A stretch of 64,000 bases of DNA, from contig DATKTA010000032.1 of assembly GCA_035531395.1 (NCBI GenBank), positions 146,033-210,032 on the forward strand, read 5' to 3'. Every line of letters begins with the position of its first letter. The first letter of the stretch is position 1. Position numbers and translations under genes: made by a program. This DNA is from Bacteroidales bacterium. GTDB taxonomy: Bacteria; Bacteroidota; Bacteroidia; Bacteroidales; VadinHA17. Under the pieces are notes generated by a model. It did no database searches. It was not told the DNA's origin and saw nothing but the letters and a program-made list of their open reading frames with translations. Shown in pieces: positions 1 through 9,925 of this stretch.

Positions 1-1776
1 ACCGAACTGCAGGTAATACCAGAAAGTATTTCTTTCCTTTTTACTTATGTTCTGCTCAATAAGCGACTTATTGCCATTGTATCTGCTTATTAACTTAATA
101 TATGCTTCAAACCTTTTTACCGTTTCAGGATCAGGGTATAATCCTCCGAGATCAGGTACAGCTTTTGAGTAGTACCTGTATGCTATAATTGCTTCATCAA
201 CGTGCCTAGGAAGAGATGTGTAACCTTTTGATTTCATGTTTTTTACCTCATCTGATACTGCAATCAGATCTTTTTCAAGAAGCAATCGTGCCAATTTATA
301 CTCAAACACCTTTTTGTTACCGGGATTTGATTTAATAAACACATCAATGTTTCTGTTTTCGTTTGTAAGTATGAAGAAGTCTTCTTCAGGCATTAACCTT
401 ATTTTCGATCCCATCTCCGGATCAGACCTTACCAATTCAGGATTAAATAGAAATCTTTCATATTTATCAGCCCAATTTCTGTATCTTAAAGTTTTTTTAA
501 GAACATTCAGGTACCGTTCAGCCGCCCTGAAATTATTATTTATCAATTCGGTTCTGACCAGCATCTTTATGTTCTCAGGGGTGTACCCATTACGGACCAT
601 CAGTTCAAATGCAAGGTGATGAGCCTCATTAATAAGACCGATATTGTAGTAATAATACATAGTACGTGAAGCCTGTTCTTTATTCCCCTCCAGCGATAAA
701 GACATTGGCCCTGAGCTCTGCCGGCCAAAGAACATCCTGTTACATAACTGGTCTTTCTTAGATAATGCAAGGTTGTAATAATACTGTTCAACAATATTAG
801 AAGAGGGAGATTTCTCAAAATGTGAGATAAGCCTATCTGCCTGCCGTTCAATGAAGAATTTCTCTGTTTTCATAATTCCTTCAAGAACAGGATTATTTTG
901 AATTGCCAGCAACAATATGGCGGTTGGGAATAATATAAGGATTGTTCCGATTGACATTAGATTCTCAAATCTTTTGAAATTAATAAGGTCTGATAATCTT
1001 ATCATTAAAGGAATGAGGACTATAATGAAGCAAGCAACAACCAGAAGTAAAGAATAACTGCTTAAATCATTTATAAAAATCGGGTAAAACAGCAGGATTT
1101 CAATTGGTTGCAGAAAAACCAGCCTGTAGAACAATAAGAAAGTAATGCCTCCCAAAATTAATTGTATCATTGGAAACAGATATCTTTCTTTTTCATCCCT
1201 AAATAGTACATGATATAAGAGATACATTACCAGGTATAGAATTGCAAATGTTCCGGTCAAATAGTAGAATAAAGGGAAAAGCAGGATATGAATAATCCTG
1301 AAAGCTTTTGTTTTAACTGAGATTGATATTCGAAACCAGAGAGCAGCAGAAATGTATCCAAGGGTTTGAAAGATATAATAATCATATTCTGCCTGACAGA
1401 TAAGTAAAACCAGAGGTAATAAAAGTGACAGGAATAATTCTGTATTTATTTCCTTTGATACCAGTTTTAGGATAGATCGGATAGTAAGAAAAAGAAAAGT
1501 AAACAAAGTGGAAAAAACCAGAGAACCAAATGTAATACTGAAATATCCCTGTGTAAGAAAGTTTCCGGAAAGTACCAGAGGTTCCCCAGGTCGTGATAAA
1601 AACTTTAAGATATAATCGTACGAATATATGAATAATGACTTGTTTTCCTGGTAAAAAAAGATGCCATTTCCGAACCAGTTGAAATAGGTAAAAGTTATTA
1701 CAAAAAGCAGGAATAGTGAGATTAAAGTACCATGCCTTGAGATGAATTCTGAAGCTTCCCTGAACCGTTTTTTCAT
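1..1776 (-). CDS. Polytopic membrane protein with C-terminal TPR-like soluble domain (DUF6057-like); C-terminus cut by window edge
   Basis: My own minus-strand translation starts at ATG 1776 (MKKRFREASEFISRHGTLISLFLLFVITF...) and stays open for 592 codons to base 1. It has about 9 hydrophobic helices, then a helical repeat region (YYYNIGLINEAHHLAFELMVRNGY, RAAERYLNVLKKTLRYRNWA). It is absent from the ORF track because it has no stop inside the window. Confidence 0.75.
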   Translation of the reverse strand, partial: MKKRFREASEFISRHGTLISLFLLFVITFTYFNWFGNGIFFYQENKSLFIYSYDYILKFLSRPGEPLVLSGNFLTQGYFSITFGSLVFSTLFTFLFLTIRSILKLVSKEINTELFLSLLLPLVLLICQAEYDYYIFQTLGYISAALWFRISISVKTKAFRIIHILLFPLFYYLTGTFAILYLVMYLLYHVLFRDEKERYLFPMIQLILGGITFLLFYRLVFLQPIEILLFYPIFINDLSSYSLLLVVACFIIVLIPLMIRLSDLINFKRFENLMSIGTILILFPTAILLLAIQNNPVLEGIMKTEKFFIERQADRLISHFEKSPSSNIVEQYYYNLALSKKDQLCNRMFFGRQSSGPMSLSLEGNKEQASRTMYYYYNIGLINEAHHLAFELMVRNGYTPENIKMLVRTELINNNFRAAERYLNVLKKTLRYRNWADKYERFLFNPELVRSDPEMGSKIRLMPEEDFFILTNENRNIDVFIKSNPGNKKVFEYKLARLLLEKDLIAVSDEVKNMKSKGYTSLPRHVDEAIIAYRYYSKAVPDLGGLYPDPETVKRFEAYIKLISRYNGNKSLIEQNISKKERNTFWYYLQFG

Positions 1777-1827
1777 CGAATATCTAGCCTCTTTCCTTAT
1801 CATACCTTTATTCTCTGTCAATCTTTC

Positions 1828-3309
1828 TTAATTGCCAATCCATTTTGCTTTTATAGCTTCCTTTTTTGCAGCTTTCATGAAGCTTCTCGAATTAACATCA
1901 GGTTTGCCAGTTATCAGTTCAGGCCTGTTGAAGGTCTTAGCCAGCCTTCTGTAAAGGGCAGGATCTTTCTGCGGTAAAACGAATGGCTTGCCTACAGCGT
2001 CAGGTGATTCAAAATAAGCAAAATATGGTCTGGCTGTAAGTCCGTCAAGCCTTTTGCTGCTGAATACTATCCATTTGCCATCCGATGACCATGAGTGATA
2101 ACTGTCTGCTTCTTCACTGTTTACAGTCATCTTTTCTGTTTTCATTGTCTGAAGGTCAATCAGATACAGGTCGGCTTCCCTGTGCCAGATTGAAAAGGTC
2201 CCATAGTCATGAAGGGTGAATACAAGATATTTCCCATCGGGAGATATGGTTGGGAAGGATGCGGATTTGTTTTTCTCAAGTGCATTAAAAACCAATTCTG
2301 CAGGTTCGAACTCACGTGTTAAAGGAATAAACCGCCTTCTTAGCAGGTCATACTTTACACTTTTAAAATCGTAGCCTTCTTTTACCTGCAAGGTTCTGCA
2401 GTAATATAGAAATTCTCCGTCCGGTGACCAGCATGGAAATGTCTCCATGTATGTCACCGTATCTTTGTCATTACAGTCAAACATCCCGTTTTTTTCAACA
2501 TCATAAAATACCAGTGACGAATACATATCAGTCACCTCTATATTTTTCCCGGTTTTCATGTGAAAAGACTGAACAGTTTTATTGGAGGAGAATGCAACAT
2601 ATTTTCCCAATGGATGCCATGCAGGATATACTGCATTTGCTTTCATGTTTTCAGTTCTGAGTGAGGTTCTTGTCAGATTTTTGCCATCGTAGAAGTAAGT
2701 ACCTCCTTTTGATCCTCGTACATGCACAAGGAATCTGTCGGGCCGGTTCTGGTTAAACATATGACAATTCACGCAGTTCCCGTCAAGCAATTGGTTCTCG
2801 ATTAATGATTCCTCCTCAAAACTTTCGGTAGATCTTAGAATAATCTGCATTTCCACCCATGATTCATATCCAGGGTAGAGAAGACGGTAACATAACCATG
2901 GATCAAGTGATGAAGGGGCCACATACATTCGAATAGGCAAATATCTTTGAAGTTTCCCTTCTTTATTTTCAGATATTATTTCAATACTTATGGTATCGCC
3001 TTTACTTTTTCCGAGGATCTCTTTCCATGCTTTGACTGGAAATTTTACATTGCCATCTGAAGACTCTAGCATCTCTTTTGTCCCATCCGGTGCCGAAACA
3101 ATGATAATATATCTACTACCAGGTTCAAGAATTGAGAAATTCATTGGAGCTATATTGCAGGGTATTGTTACACCTGAATAATCAGGTTCAATAACCGGCA
3201 TTTTTCCTGAAGATGCCACATCAGGAAGGTCTTTCTGCCTGCAGCCTCCGCCAACCGGGTACAGACAGAGAAATAATAAAAAATAGGCACCAAATTTCAC
3301 TTTATTCAT
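1828..3309 (-). CDS. TolB/PD40-like beta-propeller lipoprotein with a single CxxCH motif
   Basis: 493-aa ORF. N-terminal signal with a lipobox-like LYPVGGGC. CVNCH at 2761-2775. PD40-type repeats WSPDGEFLYY, ISPDGKYLVF and WSSDGKWIVFSS. Confidence 0.8.
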   Translation of the reverse strand: MNKVKFGAYFLLFLCLYPVGGGCRQKDLPDVASSGKMPVIEPDYSGVTIPCNIAPMNFSILEPGSRYIIIVSAPDGTKEMLESSDGNVKFPVKAWKEILGKSKGDTISIEIISENKEGKLQRYLPIRMYVAPSSLDPWLCYRLLYPGYESWVEMQIILRSTESFEEESLIENQLLDGNCVNCHMFNQNRPDRFLVHVRGSKGGTYFYDGKNLTRTSLRTENMKANAVYPAWHPLGKYVAFSSNKTVQSFHMKTGKNIEVTDMYSSLVFYDVEKNGMFDCNDKDTVTYMETFPCWSPDGEFLYYCRTLQVKEGYDFKSVKYDLLRRRFIPLTREFEPAELVFNALEKNKSASFPTISPDGKYLVFTLHDYGTFSIWHREADLYLIDLQTMKTEKMTVNSEEADSYHSWSSDGKWIVFSSKRLDGLTARPYFAYFESPDAVGKPFVLPQKDPALYRRLAKTFNRPELITGKPDVNSRSFMKAAKKEAIKAKWIGN

Positions 3310-3405
3310 ACCTGTTTATATGCATTGAAGAAAATCAGTAACATATTAATACTTAAATATGTAATTTAGTCAATAGTTAGTTACATTCATAACAGGGAAT
3401 CTGTT

Positions 3406-5808
3406 TTATTCCTTTATAAAAACAGGAGTCACTATATCTTCCAGTGCATTCTCATCACCTTTGGCAGGTCCATACCAGACACCTCCTCCAAATGTTATTA
3501 TGAAAATCTTTTCAGGATCTCTGGGATCAGGATCTACCCTTTTGCCCCATTTAAAATTATATCCTCTTATCCGGTTCCATGTTTTGCCATCGTCCTTTGA
3601 ATGGTATGCAGATCCGTTGAATCCGCATGCATAATAAGTGTTATTCCTGTTATCAAATGTAATGTCATGTATATGCTGATCCTTTTCAAGAGTTTGTATC
3701 CATGTCTTGCTATTATCTTCTGACAGGAATATGCCTCCGCCTGTATCCGGAGAGAATTGTCCGGGAGTGCTTTTTCCCCATGCTGACAGCAGAATCCTTT
3801 CAGAATTATCAGCATCAATCACAATACACATTGGACCGTTTGTCCCTTCCGGAAGAGTCATCTTAGTCCATGATTCTGCATTGTCAGACGATCTGTAAAT
3901 TGCACCATCGAGATTATTCCCAATACTTCCGTCATCACTTCGTCTGCAAACAACAAGAAAGAGCTCTCCGTTCCTGAAATTCCTTTCAATTCTCCAGGCA
4001 AATGGTTCCTTACCTTCAATACCTTTATTCTTCTGTATCCATGATTTGCCTCCATCGGTGGATTTATAAACTCCTTTTCCAAATGCACAGGCATATAATG
4101 TACGGGCCTCTTTATTGCTCGCAGGATCAATAAGTATGTGTGTTATGGCCGATTCTCCAATGTCGCTGCTTACAGGATTCCATGTTTTCCCTGCATCTTC
4201 TGTTGAAACTATACCACCTTCATAACCTGATACACTGTTCCTTCTCCACATTTTGGGCCGGGGAAGATCATGAACATTACTCATCACAGCCCAACCTTTC
4301 CCTTTTATATCAGGGTCAAAAGTAAGCCAGTAGGTGCTGTTTATCCATTTACGGGGTATTCCATTGTTAATAGTAGCGCTCATCCAGCTTTCTCCTCCAT
4401 CATTGCTCTCCATCAGTCCGATATCGGTATTAGCAATAAAGAGATGGTTTATGTCAAATGGGTCAAAAACAACTGAGTAGCCTGTGGTTACCTCTAGTCC
4501 CCTTGATATCCAGCCAGCTCCATCTTTCCTGTTGGTATAGAGCTGTTCCCAGGTTTTACCTCCGTCGGAAGTTTTAATCGTCCTTCCAAAATCTGTTGTA
4601 TAACATATTTCAGGATTCTGTGGTGCGACTGCAATTGAAAAAGGATTTTCTCCCCAGGTAGGTCCGAACCTTTCATCAATCCATCCTTTCTTATAATTTG
4701 GAGAATAGAGGTTGCCGCCCTTTGCCAATCTGTCTTTCCAGGGGAGGCTCCATGTTTTGCCAAAATCCTCACTTTTGGCAACTCCGATACAAATTGTATC
4801 ATTTGTTACAATTAATCCTGCATAAGAAACATAGACTACTCCCGGATGATCAGCACTGGTGGCAACCGCTCTCCATTCAGGTAAATCTGCATTATCATGT
4901 CTGAGCTTAAGAATACCATCCTGCCTGTTCTCCCACGTTTTTCCTCCGTCTTCCGAATAATAAATGCCTGATGAATCACCCTCCGGATTAAAGTACGATC
5001 TTCCTGAAATTGCATAAATGATAAACTTATTCAGTCCTTTATCAAATCCCCCTGAAAACTCGTTTATTGTATTAACACCTTCAGGCCCGGGAATTGTGTT
5101 CCATTTTCCGTTTTCTCTTGCAGTTATAGAGTTCTTTCCAGCAAAGTATATAGCGCGGTCTTTTTTTGGAGATGAGGGTGAAATAAAAATGTTTTTAACT
5201 CCGGCCTCAAGATCTTTTTCTTTTATCCAGTGATCTCCCTGGTTATTGGAGGTATAGTAACCAACCCTGTTATCGACTGATATCACAGCATGTAAATTTT
5301 TTGAATTATCCGGATCCACAGCCAGCGCCAGGATACTTTTGTGGATGCTGTCGCTGGTAATTATCCTTTCTTGCGCATGATCGCCTTTTGCAACAATCCC
5401 GTTTATTTCATCAGGCACAGGATAGACGATGTTCCAAGTCTTCCCGCGGTCAGTACTTTTAAACAGGGCAATGGAATTGGCATATACCACATTGGGATCA
5501 ACAGGGTCAAAAACAAAGTACCTGACTGGTCCGCGCAGATTAAACATTCTCCACGACTCTCCTCCATTATATGTCACAAATGATCCGGTCATGTCGCATG
5601 CTACATATACATAATCAGGATCATGAGGACTTATTGACGGCCAGAACATTGCCCCACCTCCACCATAACCAGCAAATCCCCAGGAATCATTTCTTCCATT
5701 TGGATTTTTATCAGTGCCGGAGGAATTTTCCGGCGAGTTGCATCCGTTTATCAGAAGGATTGTAAGAATTAAAAGCATAATTTTTCTACAGACAGATTGT
5801 CGTACCAT
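3406..5808 (-). CDS. BNR/Asp-box repeat protein (double beta-propeller, GH74/sortilin-Vps10-like), lipoprotein
   Basis: At least ten SxDxGxTW Asp-boxes (STDRGKTW, SEDGGKTW, SEDFGKTW, TSDGGKTW, SNDGGESW, TEDAGKTW, STDGGKSW, SSDNAESW, SEDNSKTW, SKDDGKTW). Lipobox LLINGC. Start chosen at the internal Met (MVRQSVC...); the ORF extends to 5838. Confidence 0.85.
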   Translation of the reverse strand: MVRQSVCRKIMLLILTILLINGCNSPENSSGTDKNPNGRNDSWGFAGYGGGGAMFWPSISPHDPDYVYVACDMTGSFVTYNGGESWRMFNLRGPVRYFVFDPVDPNVVYANSIALFKSTDRGKTWNIVYPVPDEINGIVAKGDHAQERIITSDSIHKSILALAVDPDNSKNLHAVISVDNRVGYYTSNNQGDHWIKEKDLEAGVKNIFISPSSPKKDRAIYFAGKNSITARENGKWNTIPGPEGVNTINEFSGGFDKGLNKFIIYAISGRSYFNPEGDSSGIYYSEDGGKTWENRQDGILKLRHDNADLPEWRAVATSADHPGVVYVSYAGLIVTNDTICIGVAKSEDFGKTWSLPWKDRLAKGGNLYSPNYKKGWIDERFGPTWGENPFSIAVAPQNPEICYTTDFGRTIKTSDGGKTWEQLYTNRKDGAGWISRGLEVTTGYSVVFDPFDINHLFIANTDIGLMESNDGGESWMSATINNGIPRKWINSTYWLTFDPDIKGKGWAVMSNVHDLPRPKMWRRNSVSGYEGGIVSTEDAGKTWNPVSSDIGESAITHILIDPASNKEARTLYACAFGKGVYKSTDGGKSWIQKNKGIEGKEPFAWRIERNFRNGELFLVVCRRSDDGSIGNNLDGAIYRSSDNAESWTKMTLPEGTNGPMCIVIDADNSERILLSAWGKSTPGQFSPDTGGGIFLSEDNSKTWIQTLEKDQHIHDITFDNRNNTYYACGFNGSAYHSKDDGKTWNRIRGYNFKWGKRVDPDPRDPEKIFIITFGGGVWYGPAKGDENALEDIVTPVFIKE

Positions 5809-6050
5809 TCTTAATGATTTTTTATGTATTGCCCCCATCGGTCGGGAGGGGAAATACGTCTGAATAATTGAAATAATAGTTATACTTTTTCTGCAAGGTA
5901 ACAGTATCTGACATTACTGAACCGTGATTATTTACATATATTCTCTTTTTGTACTAAATTCAACTGGCATACAATAAATCATTATTTATGAATTATTTCT
6001 GAAAATATATGAAATTTTTTCCATAAAAGACTATTGTTGATCACGCCGGA

Positions 6051-7361
6051 ATGACTAATATTAATGATAAAATAAATGGCATTATGGAAAAGAAGAATGA
6101 AGCAGTTATGAATGCTGCAGGGATAGTTGACCTAGGATTTCCCATGTGGCCTGTTTTTGCTGAAGAGACATTCAAAGATATTCTGGAACCACTGAAAAGC
6201 GGGAAAGTAAATTACTGGACCGGCAAGAAAGGGATGGAATTTGAAGAAAAATGGGCTAAATGGAATGGTGCAAAATATGCAATCTCGTGCACCAATGGTA
6301 CAGCTGCCCTTCATATAGCCGTTTCAAGTCTTGGGATTGGTCCTGGTGATGAGGTGATAGTTCCTTCATATTCATTTATCGCCTCCTCATTTGCTATAGT
6401 TCAGGCCGGAGCAATTCCTGTTTTTTGTGATACAACGGAAGACCATACCATTGATCCTGATCAGATTGAACCACTTATTACAAAGCGTACAAAAGCCATA
6501 ATTGTTGTTCATCTTTATGGGGTCGTTGCCGATATGGGGCCAATACTTAAAATTGCCAGGAAGCATAAACTGAAAGTTATTGAGGATTGTGCCCAGTGCT
6601 TTGGAGGGGAATATAACGGGATTAAAGCAGGAGCAATAGGTGATGCAGGTTGCTTCAGTTTCTGCCAGAGCAAGCATTTTACTACTGGAGGCGAAGGAGG
6701 AATGGTTGTTACAAACAATGAAGATCTTGCCTGGGAGTGCCGTTCTTTTCGCGATCATGGATATGATGTAAAGGAGAGGCTAAACATGTTGGCTCTTGAG
6801 GAGAAGCTACCCTATATCCACAACAGGGTTGGTTTCAACTTCAGGATGACCGAGATACAATCTGTTATTGGACTGAACGAACTTAAGAGGCTCGACACCT
6901 GGAATCTTAAGAGACGTTTTAAATATGCTTCAATGTATGACAGGGCTTTTAAGAACCTGAAGGGAGTGAAGAAACTACCCGTAAATACTGCTGAAAGGAA
7001 AAATGCATACTGGTGGTACCCGATAGTGCTTGATACAGAGATGATTGACATTGACGCAGCCGGGATGATCAAAGAACTCCATGATCAAAATATTCCCTGC
7101 TATGGTATCCAGTGGCCTGAAGCCTATCTTGAGAAAGCTTACAGGGGACACAATGGCTTTGGTGCAAACAAATTCCCTTTCAGATCTGAAGAATATACAG
7201 ATAAGAAAAGTGTTAATTACGATAAGGTATTATGTAAAACTGCCAGTTCCTTAAGGAAAAGGACTATCTCCCTTTTCCTTCATCCTTCGTGGGAGGAAAA
7301 GCATATTCAGAGGTGTATTGATGTATTTTCCGTTACCTGTGAAAAGCATCTTAAGAAGTAG
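6051..7361 (+). CDS. DegT/DnrJ/EryC1/StrS-family PLP-dependent sugar aminotransferase
   Basis: Family-typical blocks: CTNGTAALHIAVSSLGIGPGDEVIVPSYSF, AIPVFCDT, TKAIIVVHLYG, VIEDCAQCFGGEY, and FSFCQSKHFTTGGEGGMVVTN (PLP lysine). No signal peptide. The start could also be an internal Met at 6084 or 6108. Confidence 0.9.
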   Translation: MTNINDKINGIMEKKNEAVMNAAGIVDLGFPMWPVFAEETFKDILEPLKSGKVNYWTGKKGMEFEEKWAKWNGAKYAISCTNGTAALHIAVSSLGIGPGDEVIVPSYSFIASSFAIVQAGAIPVFCDTTEDHTIDPDQIEPLITKRTKAIIVVHLYGVVADMGPILKIARKHKLKVIEDCAQCFGGEYNGIKAGAIGDAGCFSFCQSKHFTTGGEGGMVVTNNEDLAWECRSFRDHGYDVKERLNMLALEEKLPYIHNRVGFNFRMTEIQSVIGLNELKRLDTWNLKRRFKYASMYDRAFKNLKGVKKLPVNTAERKNAYWWYPIVLDTEMIDIDAAGMIKELHDQNIPCYGIQWPEAYLEKAYRGHNGFGANKFPFRSEEYTDKKSVNYDKVLCKTASSLRKRTISLFLHPSWEEKHIQRCIDVFSVTCEKHLKK

Positions 7362-7568
7362 TCATATAAGAAGAAAATGAAGCAAAGCCGCGATGAACTG
7401 AAATGGGATTTTGCTTTTCTGTTTCTGGAAACCTGAAACAAGTCATACTGATAAAATGATTAATCAGAGAAGGAGTATATCGTCTACAATGGTAAAAAAT
7501 ACTGATTCTTTTTCCTCTATAAAAGTTAATAAACTTTACAGTCTGCATTAAAAAATGTAAACTTGTAT

Positions 7569-8951
7569 ATGATTAAGATTGACCCTAAACTTAGGGCTGC
7601 AGACCTTTCAGCTAAACTGAAAAGATTCTGGCAGTTGTCCGGAGAAAAAATATATCTGATTGACAGACAATACGATGAGTCTAAGGGATCACCGGTATTT
7701 ACCGTTAAAGGTAAATATTCAACCCGTGGCTGGACCGAATGGACTCAGGGTTTCCAATATGGTGCTGCCATTCTTCAGTTTGATGCAACAGGGGAAAAGG
7801 AATACCTTGAATCTGGCAGGAACAAAACCCTTCATAAAATGGCTCCTCATGTAAGCCATACCGGAGTCCATGATCATGGGTTCAACAATGTCAGTACTTA
7901 TGGAAATCTTCTGCGGCTGATGGTCGAAGGAAAGATCCCTTTAAATGAATGGGAAAAGAATTTCTATGAGCTTGCACTGAAAATTTCAGGAGCTGTACAG
8001 GCTTCACGCTGGACAACAATAAAGGATGGCGGATTCATTCACTCATTCAATGGGGCACATTCCTTATTTGTTGATACAATAAGGTCTTGCAGGGCACTAA
8101 CTTTAAGTCATATGCTTGGGCATGTTCTCCAGGGTGAAGGTGATGTCAAAATAAATCTTTTTGAACGGGCTATGCTCCATATGAAGGCAACTGCGAAATA
8201 TTCTGTATTCTATGGGGAGGACCGCGACAGATATGATATATGGGGCAGAACTGCCCATGAGAGTATCTTTAATGTCGCGGATGGTAATTTCAGATGTCCC
8301 GGTACGCAACAGGGATATTCCGGTTTTACCACCTGGACCCGTGGACTTGCCTGGGCAATGTGCGGTTTTGCAGAACAGCTTGAATGGTTAGAAACAATTG
8401 ACAGCAAGGAGCTTGATGCTCTTGGTGGAAAAGATGATCTTAAGGCAGTATTCCTGCGTGCGGCAAAAGCTACCTGCGATTTCTATATAGCCAATACACC
8501 TGTTGACGGAGTGCCGTACTGGGATACCGGCGCACCTGGTCTTCATCGTATGGGTGATTACCTTGATAAACCATCTGATCCTTTTAATCAGTATGAGCCT
8601 GTTGATAGCTCTGCAGCTGCTATTGCGTCACAGGGTCTTCTGAGGCTTGGCAGATACCTTGAGAACAATGTTGACCAGGCGGATGGTATGCCTTACTGGC
8701 AGGCAGGACTTAAAGTTATTGGCACTTTGTTATCAGAACCTTACATAAGCACTGATCCGGATCACCAGGGACTACTCCTTCATACTGTCTATCATCACCC
8801 GAACGGGTGGGATCATATACCTGAAGGGAGCAAAATACCTTATGGTGAATCATGTATGTGGGGTGATTATCATATCCGGGAAGCTTGTCTTTATCTTGAC
8901 AGGATCATAAACAACGGGAAATATTATACTTATTTCAATTGTGCAAAATGA
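7569..8951 (+). CDS. GH88-like (unsaturated glucuronyl hydrolase superfamily, six-hairpin), cytoplasmic
   Basis: GVHDHGFNN (the HDxGF catalytic-Asp block) and WTRGLAWAMCGF (the WxRGQAW-type block). No signal peptide. The track ORF starts at TTG 7563; I prefer ATG 7569. Confidence 0.7.
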   Translation: MIKIDPKLRAADLSAKLKRFWQLSGEKIYLIDRQYDESKGSPVFTVKGKYSTRGWTEWTQGFQYGAAILQFDATGEKEYLESGRNKTLHKMAPHVSHTGVHDHGFNNVSTYGNLLRLMVEGKIPLNEWEKNFYELALKISGAVQASRWTTIKDGGFIHSFNGAHSLFVDTIRSCRALTLSHMLGHVLQGEGDVKINLFERAMLHMKATAKYSVFYGEDRDRYDIWGRTAHESIFNVADGNFRCPGTQQGYSGFTTWTRGLAWAMCGFAEQLEWLETIDSKELDALGGKDDLKAVFLRAAKATCDFYIANTPVDGVPYWDTGAPGLHRMGDYLDKPSDPFNQYEPVDSSAAAIASQGLLRLGRYLENNVDQADGMPYWQAGLKVIGTLLSEPYISTDPDHQGLLLHTVYHHPNGWDHIPEGSKIPYGESCMWGDYHIREACLYLDRIINNGKYYTYFNCAK

Positions 8952-9781
8952 GCTCTGATCGTGTTAAAGACCTGTCGCGTCTTTGTATTCATACTATCAC
9001 AACAAAACCGTGGAACATTGAAGAGGCTGCAAAAAACTTTGCTGCTTCAGGTGTGAAAGGAATAACAGTATGGCGGGATGCACTTATTGGCAGGGATATC
9101 ACGCAAACAGGAGAGATGCTCAGAAGCCATGGACTGTCAATAGTCTCACTTTGCAGGGGCGGATTTTTCCCTTCATCAGATAAGGAAAGGAGGAGTGTTG
9201 CACTTGATGATAACCGGCGGGCCATTGAGGAGGCATATAAGCTCGGTACTGAAAAGATAGTACTGGTATGCGGTGCTGACCCTTCTCAATCGCTGGAAGA
9301 TTCAAGGAAACAGATATTTGATGGAATACTGGCTGTTTTACCGGAGGCACAATCTGCAGGCATAAAGCTGGCAATAGAGCCTTTACATCCGATGTATGCC
9401 GATACCCGTTCGGCAATCAATACAATCGCACAGGCTAATGACCTGGCTGAAGCGATTAACAGTAAGTGGGTTGGAGTGGCAGTTGATGTTTACCATCTAT
9501 GGTGGGATCCGGATCTTGAAAAGGAGATTGCAAGATGTGGAAGGAATGAGCACCTGCTGGCATTTCATATCTGCGACTGGAAGTCGCCAACTGTTGATAT
9601 GCTGAATGACAGAGGATTGATGGGAGAGGGATGCATTCCGATCAGGAAAATCAGGTCGTGGGTTGAGGCTGCAGGATTCAATGGATTTATTGAAGTGGAA
9701 ATCTTCTCAAACATCTTCTGGCATCAGGATCAGGGTGAATTTTTAAAGAAAATAGTTGAAGCTTATCAAAAACATGCTTAA
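8948..9781 (+). CDS. Sugar phosphate isomerase/epimerase-type TIM barrel (xylose isomerase-like, AP_endonuc_2), cytoplasmic
   Basis: LAIEPLHP and VDVYHLWWDPD metal-site-like blocks. ATG 8948 overlaps the upstream stop as ATGA (8948-8951), which suggests translational coupling. Confidence 0.8.
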   Translation: MSSDRVKDLSRLCIHTITTKPWNIEEAAKNFAASGVKGITVWRDALIGRDITQTGEMLRSHGLSIVSLCRGGFFPSSDKERRSVALDDNRRAIEEAYKLGTEKIVLVCGADPSQSLEDSRKQIFDGILAVLPEAQSAGIKLAIEPLHPMYADTRSAINTIAQANDLAEAINSKWVGVAVDVYHLWWDPDLEKEIARCGRNEHLLAFHICDWKSPTVDMLNDRGLMGEGCIPIRKIRSWVEAAGFNGFIEVEIFSNIFWHQDQGEFLKKIVEAYQKHA

Positions 9782-9790
9782 ATATTTAAA

Positions 9791-9905
9791 CACAGAGTTC
9801 ACAGAGGGAACACACAAAGGGCACAAAGAAAACAACTCTGAGTCCTCCGTGAAGCTCCTAATAATCTGTCATTTGGCAGAGCCTCAGGACTCTGTGATCT
9901 CTGTG
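9791..9905. repeat. REP/MITE-like palindromic element (CACAGAG type) between two operon genes
   Basis: The terminal inverted repeat cacagagttcacagag (9791-9806) matches ctctgtgatctctgtg (9890-9905) with one central mismatch. An inner stem pairs gagtcct (9840-9846) with aggactc (9886-9892). Confidence 0.7.
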
Positions 9906-9925
9906 GTAACAAAACATACAACACG

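Noticed and set aside
236-851. Track ORFs 236-619 (+) and 600-851 (-)
   Set aside because: Both lie inside, or opposite, the 592-codon minus-strand ORF (1-1776), which has coherent TM and TPR-like features. Their own sequences are low-complexity with no recognisable motifs, so they are shadow ORFs.
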